Below, in pieces: positions 13,855 through 27,879 of a stretch of 64,000 nucleotides of DNA. The stretch spans positions 37,016,001 through 37,080,000 of the forward strand of contig OZ249436.1 in the NCBI GenBank assembly GCA_965235115.1, read 5' to 3'. The translations under genes and the position numbers were made by a program. The notes beneath the pieces were generated by a model. That model was given only the letters and a program-made list of their open reading frames with translations, searched no databases and was not told the DNA's origin. Positions within the stretch are counted from its first letter, which is position 1. Each line of letters starts with the position of its first letter. This DNA comes from Laetmonice hystrix (taxonomy: Eukaryota).

Positions 13855-15630
13855 GAGTTTTGGCTTAACACTTCTGACTGGCTGGTCTGCTTAGACCAAC
13901 CAATCAGAAGCGTTACGCCTAAACTTAAGTAACTTATTTGTCAGTAATAGTAAAACTGCCATTATGTTCAACTGTTTTGAACATGACCACATGCCATTGA
14001 ATCACCCAACACTTGAGGTAAATGAAAATAGTGTCAGCTGAAATGCGTTATTTGGCACCATTTTCAAGATTCAACATCTGTACCGCCTCTAAAATTGACA
14101 CAATGGTTGCGTTATATTGCATTTCGAACCTTTGATCTAAAGCGGAGCATTCAGAAATGTAAGTAGGAGTAGGGAGCTATGAAGGGGATGACTGGGGACC
14201 GTATAATAACACCGAATCCAGCGGCCTCCCTTTTGCCAGATTTCTCCCTGGGCCCCCTCCCCCCCCGCCTCCTTCCGATATCTTCAGTCGGCCTCTAAAT
14301 CTTTATTCTATATTGGACTATTAGATCAAACATTTTTAGCAAGCCGTCGTATTTCAATATCGTCTGTGCGTTGGTAATTTACCTATCGTCTTTTTTTGTT
14401 GAGTCTGAAAGACGGAGGACTTTATTTTCATCATCACAAACGTTACGTTCCTGTGATTAGCTTTCAATTGGAATGCATATATATTTTAAAATTGCATTAT
14501 GAAGTGGACCGTGTCGCCCCCTCGGTGCAGACCGGGAAGAAGCGTCAAGCCCTTAATGCACGTCACGATCCGACTGCTGGTGACAAGAATTTGGGTGAGA
14601 TCGGGGGGGGGATTAGAAGGTGCTGGTTATGACGGTTTCTTATACGAACCAGCGCTTCAAAACCCGACTTAGTCACCATGTGCTGGGAATAGGTGGCGTG
14701 AGCTAAAACTGTATTTCTGTCGGCTTAACTGGCCGGATGTGTGGTGTCTGTTTAAATTCCCTATTGTTTAAACCTCTCAACTCGCATGGCGAGAACGGTG
14801 TGGATGAAGTATGACAGAATCCTACTATACGTACTGGGGTTCTGATATGATGCCGTTACCTACTTCAGTGATACGCAGATGGTCATATTGGCCCAGAACA
14901 AATGAGATCAATTGAGTGTTGTATGACGCCAAGCTAGAGCTTTAATTGGATGTCAACTCTTGGCGAAATTAAAGTGGTTACTGCTTTAGTTATTTATCAC
15001 TCATCGCAACCTGCTCAGCGAGCTGCGATGCGTTTTTTCTGGTAAAAAATAAAACACAAAAGAAAAAAGAAGGGGAGAGAACCTGACAACTGCTCTGTAA
15101 CCTTACAACTATACTACACGTTTCAAAATGTTTGTAAGCAAATTCGTATCCAATTAAAAAAATCCTTTTATTATAATTTCCATAGAGTGCATTTAATGCC
15201 CAAAGATGACAGAACACAATTTGACACTGCATTCAGGAGTTTACTTATATTAATCTAATTCTTTATTGACATTTCTGTAAACAGTGAATATGAAAGGCTA
15301 TATGGCCCATGATGAGAGCTCTGATTTCTGGGTTAAAACCATCCTGGCGGCAACTGGGCAAACTAAGTAAGCAGATCTAGGCATTATATATGGTATAAAA
15401 GATACCTCTGCTGGCATTAAATGCACAATGGCATTGTCTGTCAACAATCCGTATACATTTGTATGATAGAGTTTTTACGTTTGCAGTTTGTCCAAAGTGT
15501 ATAAGTTATTTATTTAGTAGCCGTTGATAAATAACCGCTGCATCGTAACAATATTAATATTGAAAGTTTTCCTAAAGATGACCAGACTTCTGCATGCGTT
15601 GTTATTCTATAATAACGCCCTGAACACTTG

Positions 15631-15795
15631 CAGTAGCGTACGCAGGGGGGTGGTGCTTGGGGTGCTCAAGCACCCCCCTCAATTTGCCTATTTGTTTTGG
15701 TGCGCTTGTTGCCTACAGCCCCCTTCCAATTTGCAGCGTCTACAACGTTGGTTATTTCCAGCACCCCCTGGGTCCAGTTTCTGGGTACGCCACTG
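15631..15795. mobile_element. hAT-like MITE, same family as 13131, opposite orientation
   Basis: CAGTAGCGTAC...GTACGCCACTG; flanks ACTTG / ACCTG (5 bp, one mismatch). Confidence 0.8.
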
Positions 15796-17579
15796 ACCTG
15801 CATAATGTCATAACAGTTTGCCATCCTGGAAAGTATGTCCGCATTTTGTGTTTTTTTACCAGCCGTATATAAGCCCAATTATAATGTTTCTGTGGGTCAT
15901 ACTCTCTGAGACACAGTAATCCGTGAAGGGCATTGCCCACTAAGTTTCAAACGCCAATCATATTCTCTCTGCCCCTTGCCGAGAGCAACCCGGGAAACCT
16001 TAATTCTCGAGATCATTTGAGAGCTGATGCATGAAATTAATTACATCCAGGTACCCGTCGTTAGCAAGAAGCAAGCGGCACGTTTCTGGACAATCATATT
16101 CTATCCTCCTGACGCGGCATAAACATGCAGGAAGTCCATCCACCGACTTGAATTCCTCCCTAGTCCTGTCGCCGTTGATAAGTTCGGCGACCTGTGTCAA
16201 TCTTCTTAACACTCAAGTTGTGGTAATTAGCCATGGTGGAGAGTTAATCATGAGAGAATCACATGCTCCACGGGAAACGTCAGAGGTCGCGGCCGATCCC
16301 ATCACAGAATGTTTCCGTGTGGTTCCTCAAGACGTGGTAGGACGAGCAATAATGACAGACAGGTATCAACATTTATATAACATAACTCTACGTATCTACT
16401 CGTAACTAATTTCAAAATAACTGCCACGATTCTCGTGGTAGTGTTTATATAATAACATGGTAACGGCCGGGTCCTGACATCATTATACGTCACAATGGGC
16501 AAACTCTCCGCTAGGTGGCGATTAGCGTTCCGGCGCAATAACTGCAGATACACGGTAGAACACTTTACTTTTACCATCGTGGCGTGGTCAGTGCCAGACC
16601 CGTTTTTTGCGTGACTTTAACAGGCTTGATTCCACTGGAGAAAAGCTAAGTAAGCAGTGGGACCTTAGGATTCTTTCTCTCGATACATTAGGTTGGGGGG
16701 GGGGGGGCTTTTTGGCTAATATGAAGGCTAGAAGAGGCACCTTAGAGAATTGCTTTCAAGTGAAGCCGTGGTTAAAAGCCACGTAAAAGGGGTCTGCATT
16801 ATATAGAATCAGGTCTGTCCGATGGGAAATAAATCAGTCCTAGAGGGAGAGAGAAAAAAATCCGTTGAAATCTGCGGTCTGTGGATGGTCAGACAGATGG
16901 ATTGGGGGCAGGTCATCGACGAGGGAAAGTAACCACCTCTGAAACGGGCACTGCGCCCTTCTGACACTATGTCATCATTTGTGTCAATCTAAGCGCCCTG
17001 TGAACTGGAGGATATTACGCCTAGAATGTACCGGCTTGTAGCGGGAGAAGGCCAGCTCTGCCTGCCAATGAGACCTCCACGCGATCGCTTACAATGACAG
17101 CTCCCTTTCTTATACATGCAACCAACCAGGGACCCATCAATGAATATGATTTACATCTTCCTTGGTGATGTCCTGTTAATAGACCTTTTCGGTTTATTTT
17201 TCTACACGGATGCTGACAGCAGGAAAACAAGGCAACTGTCCATTGCTGTAAGGGTGTGGAGAGAGTGATTAGTAGTGGCCGGTAGGTTCATGCAATTAGA
17301 CGCTCCGCTAATGGTTTCTCCGGTGGCGGAGTTCATTCAGTGAAGATCCGAAAAGTTATGTCACCATGCGACGTATTCAGTTACTAATTTACAACCTGTG
17401 ATCAAATTGTTCTATAAATATATATTATTATTGTGAAAAATACCGCTGACGTATAACTATGATAAAAACCGGTTTCACAGAACACGATTTGATATTTTAA
17501 TAATTATCAACATATAGGCCTACCTACTTTAAACAATGGGAGTCAGCTATAAAATACTACATACCAGCAGCTTGTAAAA

Positions 17580-17726
17580 TCATGGGTCAAGGAGTCAGCT
17601 ATTCCAGCCGTGTATGTACGACTGGGCAAAGAAAAGAACCACTCCAATTTTTCGAAAAGAGTAGTTGATTGCCTCCCAGTGGCAGGTTTCTTTCTCACTT
17701 CATCCTCATCATCGCCCACCCCCTGG
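17580..17726 (+). mobile_element. Meta-domain SINE fragment
   Basis: CGACTGGGCAAAGAAAAGAACC..TTCGAAAAGAGTAG..TTCATCCTCATCATCGCCCACCCCCTG, homologous to 7544 and 27740. Confidence 0.75.
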
Positions 17727-18578
17727 TACTCACCCGCTATGTTATCGAGCGCTTCCCCGAACATTTTTGAAGTTTAAACACATTATGGAGAAATTATGTG
17801 CCCTTCCTCGAAACGAGTACCCCGATGGGCGGGGTTGTACCTGATTTCATTCAGATAATCTCGCATTAGGTTCCCACTGATGTTGCTGTATGGAGACGCC
17901 ACGTTAGGCCTCAGGTGTGGGCAAAATCGGATATGTTCATTTGGCTGACGCGTCCATTGTAGGAGTCTCACGGGAGAACAATGTAATGGCTAATTGAACG
18001 AACAGCTGGAGAGTGTTCCGGTGAGTATACTCGCACCTGGTAATTAGTCGAGCAGGATTTCTGTACCTGGCTGCAGCTACAATAACACCCTGGGCCTTGA
18101 CCACCGTAACAGTAGTTTTTGAAAAAAAAACCTTCCGGAGGCGCGTTTTTGCATTTTTTTCTCTTGATAGAAGGAAGCAAGCAGTATTGTCGCCGGCAAC
18201 GGACGAGGCAATTTCTCAATAAGAAAGAATCATCAACAATTAAATGTACATATTATGAAGGAGAAAGGTTTCACGTCAATTTAAAATAGGAAGTTAGAAA
18301 TAGTAATGAACACATGGGGCTAGTCTAATAAATGCCTTGGGATATGGAAGTGCACGGCCGTCCGGCAGGACCGAACCCTTTAATTAGACATTTTTTAAAA
18401 TAATAATTTCCTTACAAAATCCCACAGGGAAAGGGTCCATATGCCTTTATCATTATGCTACTTAACCACACCCAAGATTTTATAGTCAAGATTTTACGTT
18501 CACCTTCAGTGATGTTACTTTCAAATGACATGAAGGAAACGCCTGGGCCACAAGAGGTCCAAGTAGGGATATAATTAA

Positions 18579-18885
18579 AGCAAACACTGACTATCTCTTA
18601 TTTCAATGAATCCGAAATGCAGACGTAGGCTGTTAGGTTAGATAAGGCCTTATACTACACAAATCAATTTCATGTATACCCGTAGAAATGGGGAAATCTA
18701 ATAAAATTCAACATTCCAGTTGCCTTTTGTAGCTATGAAGCGATCGCTCTATGGCTGGTTGTTGACATGGCATTGACTTGAACAGCCAATGAAGCTCATG
18801 GAGCTATGAACCGATGAATTTCAATGGCTGTTCACGTATGCATGTCTGTATTTTGAAGTCATTAAAATAATAGTCAGTGTTTGCC
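18579..18885. mobile_element. Kolobok-type MITE (intact, 307 bp)
   Basis: TTAA|AGCAAACACTGACTAT...ATAGTCAGTGTTTGCC|TTAA. A relative at 55258-55362 plus 62129-62283 is split by the CACTA element. Confidence 0.8.
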
Positions 18886-19220
18886 TTAAGCTCAGGTATT
18901 CAAGTTGGTTTTTTGTTCTAATTACTCTCATCAGACTACAGTCTAGACGCTCGAGGATTTTCCCTGTGTCGACAGTTGTCCCTCGGCGTTGACTTTCAAG
19001 TAATGGCTTTAGGTCAGGATCGAATCACTTTGCACGGGCAGGGTTTCCGCCAGAAGGTAAAATGGGTAAAATTCCGTACCCTCAAAATCGTTGGGTAACC
19101 ATTTTTCTATGAAGTGATAAAAACATCCTGATGATGCCTTGAGCAACTTGAAGGAATCAAATATAATGCTGTACAGTATATGCAGTCTTTATTCGATTAA
19201 TTCACATATTTGTAACAGTA

Positions 19221-19272
19221 GTTAGGGTTAGGGTTAGGTTAACCCTAACCTTAACCCTAACCTTAACCCTAA
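19221..19272. repeat. Short inverted telomere-like tract (TTAGGG)n-(CCCTAA)n
   Basis: GTTAGGGTTAGGGTTAGGTT|AACCCTAACCTTAACCCTAA...; resumes as TTACCCTAACC at 21323. Confidence 0.85.
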
Positions 19273-21322
19273 AGCGGGTGATCCACGAAGCCGATTTTGC
19301 GCCGATTTTGTGGAAGGCCGGCGGTAACCGACGACCGGGCCGGTGGCCGGTTTAGTGGATACACTTTGAACCGGTCCCGGCCCCGCCGTGCCGGCCATCG
19401 GCGACGGTTTGTGGTCGAATTTTGCTGTTCCACTGAGCCGATTCTGCGCCGATTTTTCCACTGCCGGCGGCCGGCCCGGTCTTCTGGTGGTCAACTTAGC
19501 CGCCGGCCTAGTGGATACACGCGGAACCGGCGCTGGTCCCGCCGCCCCAGTGGTCGGCAGTGATAACCGACCGTAACCGGCAAGATTAAACATGTTTGAT
19601 CGAACCGTTCATGTCACACGGACCAGACGGCGCAATGTCCCTGGAAAAAGAACAACTCGGCGGGTGGAGGGACATCCGGCAAGACTACAGAGGATAGTAG
19701 CCACTGTGCTATAGAAATACAGAAGAGGAATCGGTGTGTTTTATAATTGTATATACATGCAATGCCTCTGGAAAAGAACAACTCGGCAAGTGGAGGGACA
19801 GTCGGCAAGACCACAGAGGATAGTGGCCACTGTACTAGAAATTTTATACAGAAGAGCAGTTGGACCCCGCTTGGACTTGACACTGTTTTTAGACGTCTAC
19901 CCCCATACATCCGCCCCATACGACAATCACCCCCGAGTACAATCTACCCCTACATCTACCGCCTAGGACACCCCCCCCCCAATACCGTTGGGCCCCAGGA
20001 CCCCCCCCCCCCCCATGTATGTAGGGGTATAAGCGCGTGTGTGGGTGTGTTGGGAAAACATTGGGAAAACATGGGCAGCCCATGCAGATGGTTTCGAGGT
20101 CATGTTTATATTCGGTATTATATTTTGATCCTGCTTTTCGAACTTAAAATTTCTCAAAAATTGTGTCATCGTAGTTGAAACCAAGGGGAATCTGATGCTG
20201 TAGAATCTACACCTGTCTGGCCTCAATGGATCTGACATATTACATAATATGTTCTAATATTTCATGTATAGTACTTCATGTAGGTGTGCGTGTGTGTGTG
20301 GGGGGGGGGGGGCGCGGCGGGGTAGAAGATCGGTTATCTTTCAGGATATTTAATAGTTGTTTTATATTTCAGTTTAGAAGAGCTGTTCAAATGTGATTTT
20401 CTATCCTCACAACGCGGTTTAATGATCTAGATGCGGATTTTTCTATGTTAAAGGGCACTGCCTTTCGCGATAGAAACATTAATTTTGAGATGCATCAGAG
20501 TACAAAATAATATATCTAGTCTATAAATCCGTGTTTCATCTGTACGATACGATTTACTTAATGCCATGCAAATCCAATTTTTTTTTTGGCCTGCCCCCTA
20601 CAGTGGCGTACCCAGAAACTGGACCCAGGGGGGTGCTGGAAACAACCAACAAATTGGCAACAAGCGCACCAAAAAACAAACAAACAAACAAAATTGGCAA
20701 ATTGAGGGGGGTGCTTGAGCACCCCAAGCACCCCCCCCCCGCCCTTCGTACGCTACTGCCCTAGAGGGTGTTGGTTCTGGGCTTGCCCAACCGATGGAGT
20801 CGCCCTCGACATCACTGTTGTGTGGATACCTATAGCGGTTGTGGGGGGAACTTGCGCTCTTGGACCAACTCGCCGGGAGTCGGTGGGCTCGGCGACTCGA
20901 AAATATCAAACATGTTTCATTTGAGTCGCAGCCCCAATCGGCCGAGATCGCCGGACTCGGTGTCGGCCCCAATCGCAGGGAATCGCCGGAAGAAATCGCC
21001 AGATGCGTCCCTGCCTTCAGATTTCACTTAAACCTTTCAGTATATATTTAATCATTTCACTAATTTATTTAGAAACTTTCAATAAAGTGTGAAGGTGTAT
21101 TTTTGTCTTACTTAACAACTTTCCTGGTGTTTAATTGTTTGGGTATCTAATTATCTTGTGTTCAGTTGTGCTGGATTTGTCGCCGCCGTTTCAGTGGAAA
21201 CACCAAAACAGTAGCCGGCGCCGGCTGAAAATGATCGCCGATTTCTTAGCCGATTCTTTCCCGACGTTCCCGGCGCCGGCACCGGGAACGTCGGGAACCG
21301 CCGGCTTAGTGGATCACCCGCT
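19273..21322. mobile_element. Non-autonomous about 2-kb PIF/Harbinger-like element (copy 2)
   Basis: TIR AGCGGGTGATCCAC...GTGGATCACCCGCT, flanks TAA / TTA, collinear with 11831-13854 including the nested MITE. Confidence 0.8.
20601..20758. mobile_element. hAT-like MITE with 5-bp TSD (hAT5-like)
   Basis: CCCTA|CAGTGGCGTAC...GTACGCTACTG|CCCTA. Confidence 0.8.
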
Positions 21323-21377
21323 TTACCCTAACCTCTCCTCTGGTCCGTACCCTAATTTTCTTTCTGGCGGAAACCCT

Positions 21378-24300
21378 GATAGGTAGTGTTATACCATTTC
21401 CATTTAACTAATACCTCGTTTCGAAGAGATTCACTAACTTTAATGTTTACAATTTAGGCGGGGTTAATCTAAAGGTAAACTATATAGGTTCGGACAGGAC
21501 TTGTATCCCTCTGAAGAGACCTTAATACGCCTACTAAGGGATACGCTTTACAACATTTTAACGAGGCGTGAAATGGCGCATGCATTTACGCATTGTCTCT
21601 GCCATGGACGGCAAAGTCAGCCGCCAAACTGGTTACACTGAATGCCATTTTCACCAGCCGTTGGCACTTTGTTCGACCTCAAACCAAACCAGCATAGTCG
21701 TACTTTTTATTTATCCACCATTGATGTGTCCCCTTTTGTTACAGGCTGTATGCGTTGTCATTCGATGTGACGCTTTGCCTTTTGTAACCTGGACCATTAG
21801 TACGTTCTGAAACCACAAATCCTGAGTATTGTTCACTTTTACGGTTTTTTACTCACCATTCAGTCGCACTGAAGTCAGTTAAATATGCATATCTTGTCAT
21901 GGCCCTTCATTTTTAAACAAAAATTCAGCCTATTCATAAAATGAAAAACCCGATTATGACCTTATGTACCTTTATAGACGCACCAAAAAAACTACGATCG
22001 ATTGGCCAAAAACGTGTACGATGATCAAAGGACGTTGACTCCTATACTTTCCTCCCCTAATGGGGATCATGGCAGCCAAATTCACTCGAATTCGTTGCTA
22101 TGACAAAATACAATATGTACTTGAAAACGAACTGCCGTACGTACATTATACTTCTGACGACCTATTTCATTTTCAACGCGGGCATATTACCGTAAATATT
22201 ACTCGGGTATGAGGATTACGTCATTTATTTATAGACAAATCGCAAGGGAGTCGTGTATAAAATTATCAGTAATAAAATATCTTCACCTTTCTTTACATTA
22301 ATTAACACACTTCCTTATACCTTGAACACGTCATTATAATATATAGGATGAATGTTCCTTGCCAGACAGTGCACGAGATAGAATTCTGGCCATCCTCTAA
22401 ATAGAGACTTTCTACTCGTGAACTTTGGCTGGTAAAATAAAAAAAAGTGATACCTAAAATATGCACCCGTCTCATAATTTCATATCAAGCGACAATAATT
22501 GTTTAAATATTGTCGTCGGAACGTATCTCGGCCAAGCGACGTCGCCGAGTGATGGATGACATGTCGGCGATTTTTGTTTCCTAGCCGACAATAATTGGGC
22601 CGACATCTCCGGGGTGTGGCAGAAGTGTGTGTATCGCCAATGTCAAAATCGCCTGAGTGGAAACAGGATTTTAAGCACTGTCGGTCATCGGTCGGTTTGT
22701 CAAGTGTGGTTCAAAACCGTGCTGAACCGCCCAAAATGACGGCGGTGGGGCACACACATTCCTCGGTTAAAACACGGTGTGGAGAAGGTGGTGATGCGGT
22801 TGTCCGCGGTCAATGAAGGTCAAGATTACCGCGCTTTTACCGCATCATCACCGTGTGACCACCTTCCTAAACCGTGTAACCACCGCACATTACCGCTATA
22901 CATTTTGTCAACCGTGCTTCAACAGACTGAACCGCATCACAACTCCCTCTGAACCGTGTTATGACCTACTAGCTACCTTGTTGTCACCTTGTTGCCACCT
23001 ACTCCCACCTTGGCTAGCCATTTTACGTGGTTCTGAAGTGTTGTGAAAGGTGACAACAAGGCAGCAACGAGGCAGCAAGTCGGTGATGCACAGTTTTGAG
23101 AACCGCCGTGAAATTTTCAAACTTTTTGATAATCCCGTGGTTTCAAAAACGGGGTAGCGGTCAATGGCGATGTCTGGGCGATGTCATTGAGGTTCACCAC
23201 AGTTTGAAACCGTGCTGAACTGCCTGTTAGTGTGCAGTTGCCGACTTCCATGCCCCGAAACATGCTTTCACGAAAGATTGCAATGGGTTTCCAAATATAA
23301 TAGATGCACATATATCTGGGCTTACAGCTACGGGTTCATTCGTGTGTCGAGTGCTACCAGCTACATATGACGACATTTGGCGAGGACCCCCCCCCCCCCC
23401 CTTTAGTTGTAATATGACAAATGTACAAAGGACTATATAGGGGTAGAATGATAATGGTACAGGGTCAATCATGTCATGTAGGCTTTTATGCTTATATTCA
23501 ATGTTTACCAGAAACTTTGTAAATAACGAATTATGTTAATCTTAATAAACTTCATGAGTCCAGCTTCAAGCGGTGTCTTGTCATCCGTGGGCATTAAATT
23601 ATACCTAGTCTTCATTATCCTTTTTAGCTTTTCGCATGCATAACGAAAAGAAGACTGATGCTGTGCTACGTCTTGTGGAACTCTATTCTCTTGGATACCG
23701 CTTTAAACAGGTTATTTCAAAAGGGTGCAGTGGCTAAAGTATTAACTCTTACAGTAGAGGATGCCGCTACTTTTGAAACACCCTGCACTATAATTCTCCA
23801 CTCTCCCATCCCTGCCGAATCTACAGCGCCCACTTTTGAACGACCACATCGATACAGAGGCCGGTGCAGATTTGCCACGGGGGACGCTCAATGTGAGGGC
23901 ATTGACAGGTATTGTTAAACCATTTCCATTTAACTAATACCTCATTTCGAAGAGATTCACTAACTTTAATGTTTACAATTTAGGCGGGGTTAATCTAAAG
24001 GTAAACTATATAGGTTCCGACAGGACTTGTATCCCTCTGAAGAGACCTTAATACGCCTACTAAGGGATACGCTTTACAACATTTTAACGAGGCGTGAAAT
24101 GGCGCATGCATTTACGCATTGTCTCTGCCATGGACGGCAAAGTCAGCCGCCAAACTGGTTACACTGAATGCCATTTTCACCAGCCGTTGGCACTTTGTTC
24201 GACCTCAAACCAAACCAGCATAGTCGTACTTTTTATTTATCCACCATTGATGGGTCCCCTTTTGTTACAGGCTGTATGCGTTGTCATTCGATGTGACGCT

Positions 24301-26430
24301 TTGCCTTTTGTAACCTGGACCATTAGTACGTTCTGAAACCACAAATCCTGAGTATTGTTCACTTTTACGGTTTTTTACTCACCATTCAGTCGCACTGAAG
24401 TCAGTTAAATATGCATATCTTGTCATGGCCCTTCATTTTTAAACAAAAATTCAGCCTATTCATAAAATGAAAAACCCGATTATGACCTTATGTACCTTTA
24501 TAGACGCACCAAAAAAACTACGATCGATTGGCCAAAAACGTGTACGATGATCAAAGGACGTTGACTCCTATACTTTCCTCCCCTAATGGGGATCATGGCA
24601 GCCAAATTCACTCGAATTCGTTGCTATGACAAAATACAATATGTACTTGAAAATGAACTGCCGTATACATTATACTTCTGACGACCTATTTCAACGCGGG
24701 CATATTACCGTAAATATTACTCGGGTATGAGGATTACGTCATTTATTTATAGACAAATCGCAAGGGAGCCGTGTATAAAATTATCAGTAATAAAATATCT
24801 TCACCTTTCTTTACATTAATTAACACACTTCCTTATACCTTGAACACGTCATTATAATATATAGGATGAATGTTCCTTGCCAGACAGTGCACGAGATAGA
24901 ATTCTGGCCATCCTCTAAATAGAGACTTTCTACTCGTGAACTTTGGCTGGTAAAATAAAAAAAGTGATACCTAAAATATGCATCCGTCTCATAATTTCAT
25001 ATCAAGCGACAATAATTGTTTAAATATTGTCGTCGGAACGTATCTCGGCCAAGCGACGTCGCTGAGTGATGGATGACATGTCGGCGATTTTTGTTTCCTA
25101 GCCGACAATAATTGGGCCGACATCTCCGGGGTGTGGCAGAAGTGTGTGTATCGCCGATGTCAAAATCGCCTGAGTGGAAACAGGATTTCAAGCACTGTCG
25201 GTCATCGGTCGGTTTGTCAAGCGTGGTTCAAAACCGTGCTGAACCGCCCAAAATGACGGCGGTGGGGCACACACATTCCTCGGTTAAAACACGGTGTGGA
25301 GAAGGTGGTGATGCGGTTGTCCGCGGTCAATGAAGGTCAAGATTACCGCGCTTTTACCGCATCATCACCGTGTGACCACCTTCCTAAACCGTGTAACCAC
25401 CGCACATTACCGCTATACATTTTGTCAACCGTGCTTCAACAGACTAACCCGCACCACGACTCCCTCTGAACCGTGTTATGACCTACTAGCTACCTAGTTG
25501 TCACCTTGTTGCCACCTACTTCCACCTTCGCTAGCCATTTTACGCGGTTCTGAAGGGTTGTGGAAGGTGACAACAAGGCAGCAAGTCGGTTATGCACGGT
25601 TTTGAGAACCGCCGTGAAATGTTCAAACTTTTTGATAATCCCGTGGTTTCAAAAACGAGGTAGCGGTCAATGGCGATGTCTGGGCGATGTCATTGAGGTT
25701 CACCACGGTTTAAAACCGTGCTGAACCGCCATCAAAACCGCCCCCGTGTTAGGTCTGTTAGAGTGCAGTTGCCGACTTACATGCCCCGAAGCATGCTTTC
25801 ACGAAAGATTGCAATGGGTTTCCAAATATAATAGATGCACATATATCTGGGCTTACAGCTACGGGTTCATTCGTGTGTCGAGTGCTACCAGCTACATATG
25901 ACGACATTTGGCGAGGACCCCCCCCCCCTTTAGTTGTAATATGACAAATGTACAAAGGACTATATAGGGGTAGAATGATAATGGTACAGGGTCAATTATG
26001 TCATGTAGGCTTTCATGCTTATATTCAATGTTTACCAGAAACTTTGTAAATAACGAATTATGTTAATCTTAATAAACTTCATGAGTCCAGCTTCAAGCGG
26101 TGTCTTGTCATCCGTGGGCATTAAATTATACCTAGTCTTCATTATCCTTTTTAGCTTTTCGCATGCATAACGAAAAGAAGACTGATGCTGTGCTACGTCT
26201 TGTGGAACTCTATTCTCTTGGATACCGCTTTAAACAGGTTATTTCAAAAGGGTGCACTGGCTAAAGTATTAACTGTTACAGTAGAGGATGCCGCTACTTT
26301 TGAAACGCCCTGCACTATAATTCTCCACTCTCCCATCCCTGCCGAATCTACAGCGCCCACTTTTGAACGACCACATCGATACAGAGGCCGGTGCAGATTT
26401 GCCACGGGGGACGCTCAATGTGAGGGCACT
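21378..26430. repeat. Direct tandem duplication, about 2526-bp unit x2 (21378-23903, 23904-26430)
   Basis: Near-identical spurious ORFs at an offset of about 2526 (21568/24094, 23658/26185); scattered SNPs and indels; Harbinger-like non-coding fragments inside. Confidence 0.95.
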
Positions 26431-27739
26431 GTTTAGGTGTTCGTCGGAGGATCTGGGATCAAGTGGGATGTCAAATCCACGGCTACAAGATCAGCCCTCG
26501 AGGGTCGAGGGCGGTGCACTTCTCCGAGAGGCAACAGAATGGCAAGGAGGTGTCAGTGCGCAAGGCCCCCACGCCATCTCCTCGACCCTGACCGACATGT
26601 AAAGAGCGATTGGGTCGAAAGGGGCTAACCGCTGTAGTCATGTGCTGGAAGATTGAGAAGGTGGGTGCCTTCACTAAGCATCTGGGGTGGTGATGGACAT
26701 TTCTTGTAACCTTTAGAGACTCCTAGCAACGTTTGTTCCACTTGGGCTGACGTTCTGTAAGATCAGTCGGAATCTCTCCGTAACACGGTCCATGCGCCCA
26801 TCAATCTAGACCAAGGATCCAATAGGCAGGCCAAACCTGTCGGAAACCATGACCATCTCCCACAAAGGTATGTCAACGTTCCCCCGGGGATAGATACTGC
26901 AGCCTTTATTGAAACGTCTTATGGGGACGATAATATGTCCACTACAAAGGCATGTCTCCATTCTATTGCCTCGGACCAGAGCAGGTAGACCAAATAGTTT
27001 TAGGGTATTACAAACACCCTGTAAAATATACTCTCATTGAGAAATCTTTGAGTATTCATTGACATGCACTCATAGACAGATCGATCCAGGATGGAGGTGA
27101 GAGAAAGTCGACAATAGTTGTCACTCAAAAAAGGGGTGAGCGTTCAGACTCGCTGGAATCACCCTCAATAGATGTACCTAAGAGGGAGGGTCTGTGGTCT
27201 CAGACAGCGATATAGACGAAAGAAAAAGTCTAGTCTTTAAAATATTTTTGTTCGTGAAGGGATACCAATCTTTAACATGTTACAGACGTTCTCATATTCT
27301 ATATCTTGTCACCGCCTTAGTTCAAAACTTCTAGCAATATTTCATATCAATAATAATAAATATAGCAGGTTTCTTGTGTAAAATATAGGCCAGTTCTGCC
27401 TGACAGATGGCCTTGTTATAAATTTCGGTTCTGGGTGCCCAGAGATAGATGTCCTTGGGGCAAAGGGTCCGGTGTAAGTCTTAGCTTCATTTCGTTGAGG
27501 ATTGTGTGCATGGATTCTGCATAAATCGTAGGGTCACCCACATACACTCTTAAACAACAATGAAGTAGGCCTATGTGCGCAGCAGGTTTTTTTTCTCCCT
27601 AATGCAAAATTGTCGATAGTACCCCTCCCTCCTCAACCTTAAAATCTCTTCGCTTCCAGCGCAACAATTACATAATCGCACCGTTGAGTCTCAAAAAGCA
27701 TTAATAGCAGTGGCGCAACTGCAAGGGATATAGCAGGGG

Positions 27740-27879
27740 ACAGGGGACCAGGGGACCAGCCGTGTCTGTGCGACTGGGCATATAAAAGAGCCCTTGCCAT
27801 TTTTCGAAAAAGAGTAAGAGAATGCCTCCCAGTGGTAGGTTTCTTTTCCATTTCATCCTCATCATCGCCCACCCCCTGG
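27740..27879 (+). mobile_element. Meta-domain SINE fragment
   Basis: GTCTGTGCGACTGGGCATATAAAAGAGCCCTTGCCATTTTTCGAAAAAGAGTAAG is the closest match to the Meta core; 3' tail shared with 7544 and 17580. Confidence 0.8.

Larger units (their letters stand above)
19039..21378. mobile_element. hAT-like MITE containing a telomere-like tract and the nested Harbinger-like copy 2
   Basis: Perfect 17-bp TIR CAGGGTTTCCGCCAGAA...TTCTGGCGGAAACCCTG; TSD not cleanly conserved. Confidence 0.7.

Noticed and set aside
11822..13894. GC-rich ORFs conserved in two copies (also 19234-21386)
   Set aside because: Conservation reflects recent duplication of a non-coding element; indels shift frames and there are no transposase motifs.
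16900..17000. HDV-like ribozyme or RTE 5' end
   Set aside because: I could not build the nested pseudoknot by eye; a covariance-model search is needed.
19221..19272. Chromosome end-to-end fusion scar
   Set aside because: Only a few degenerate units, enclosed by MITE TIRs, with no subtelomeric context.
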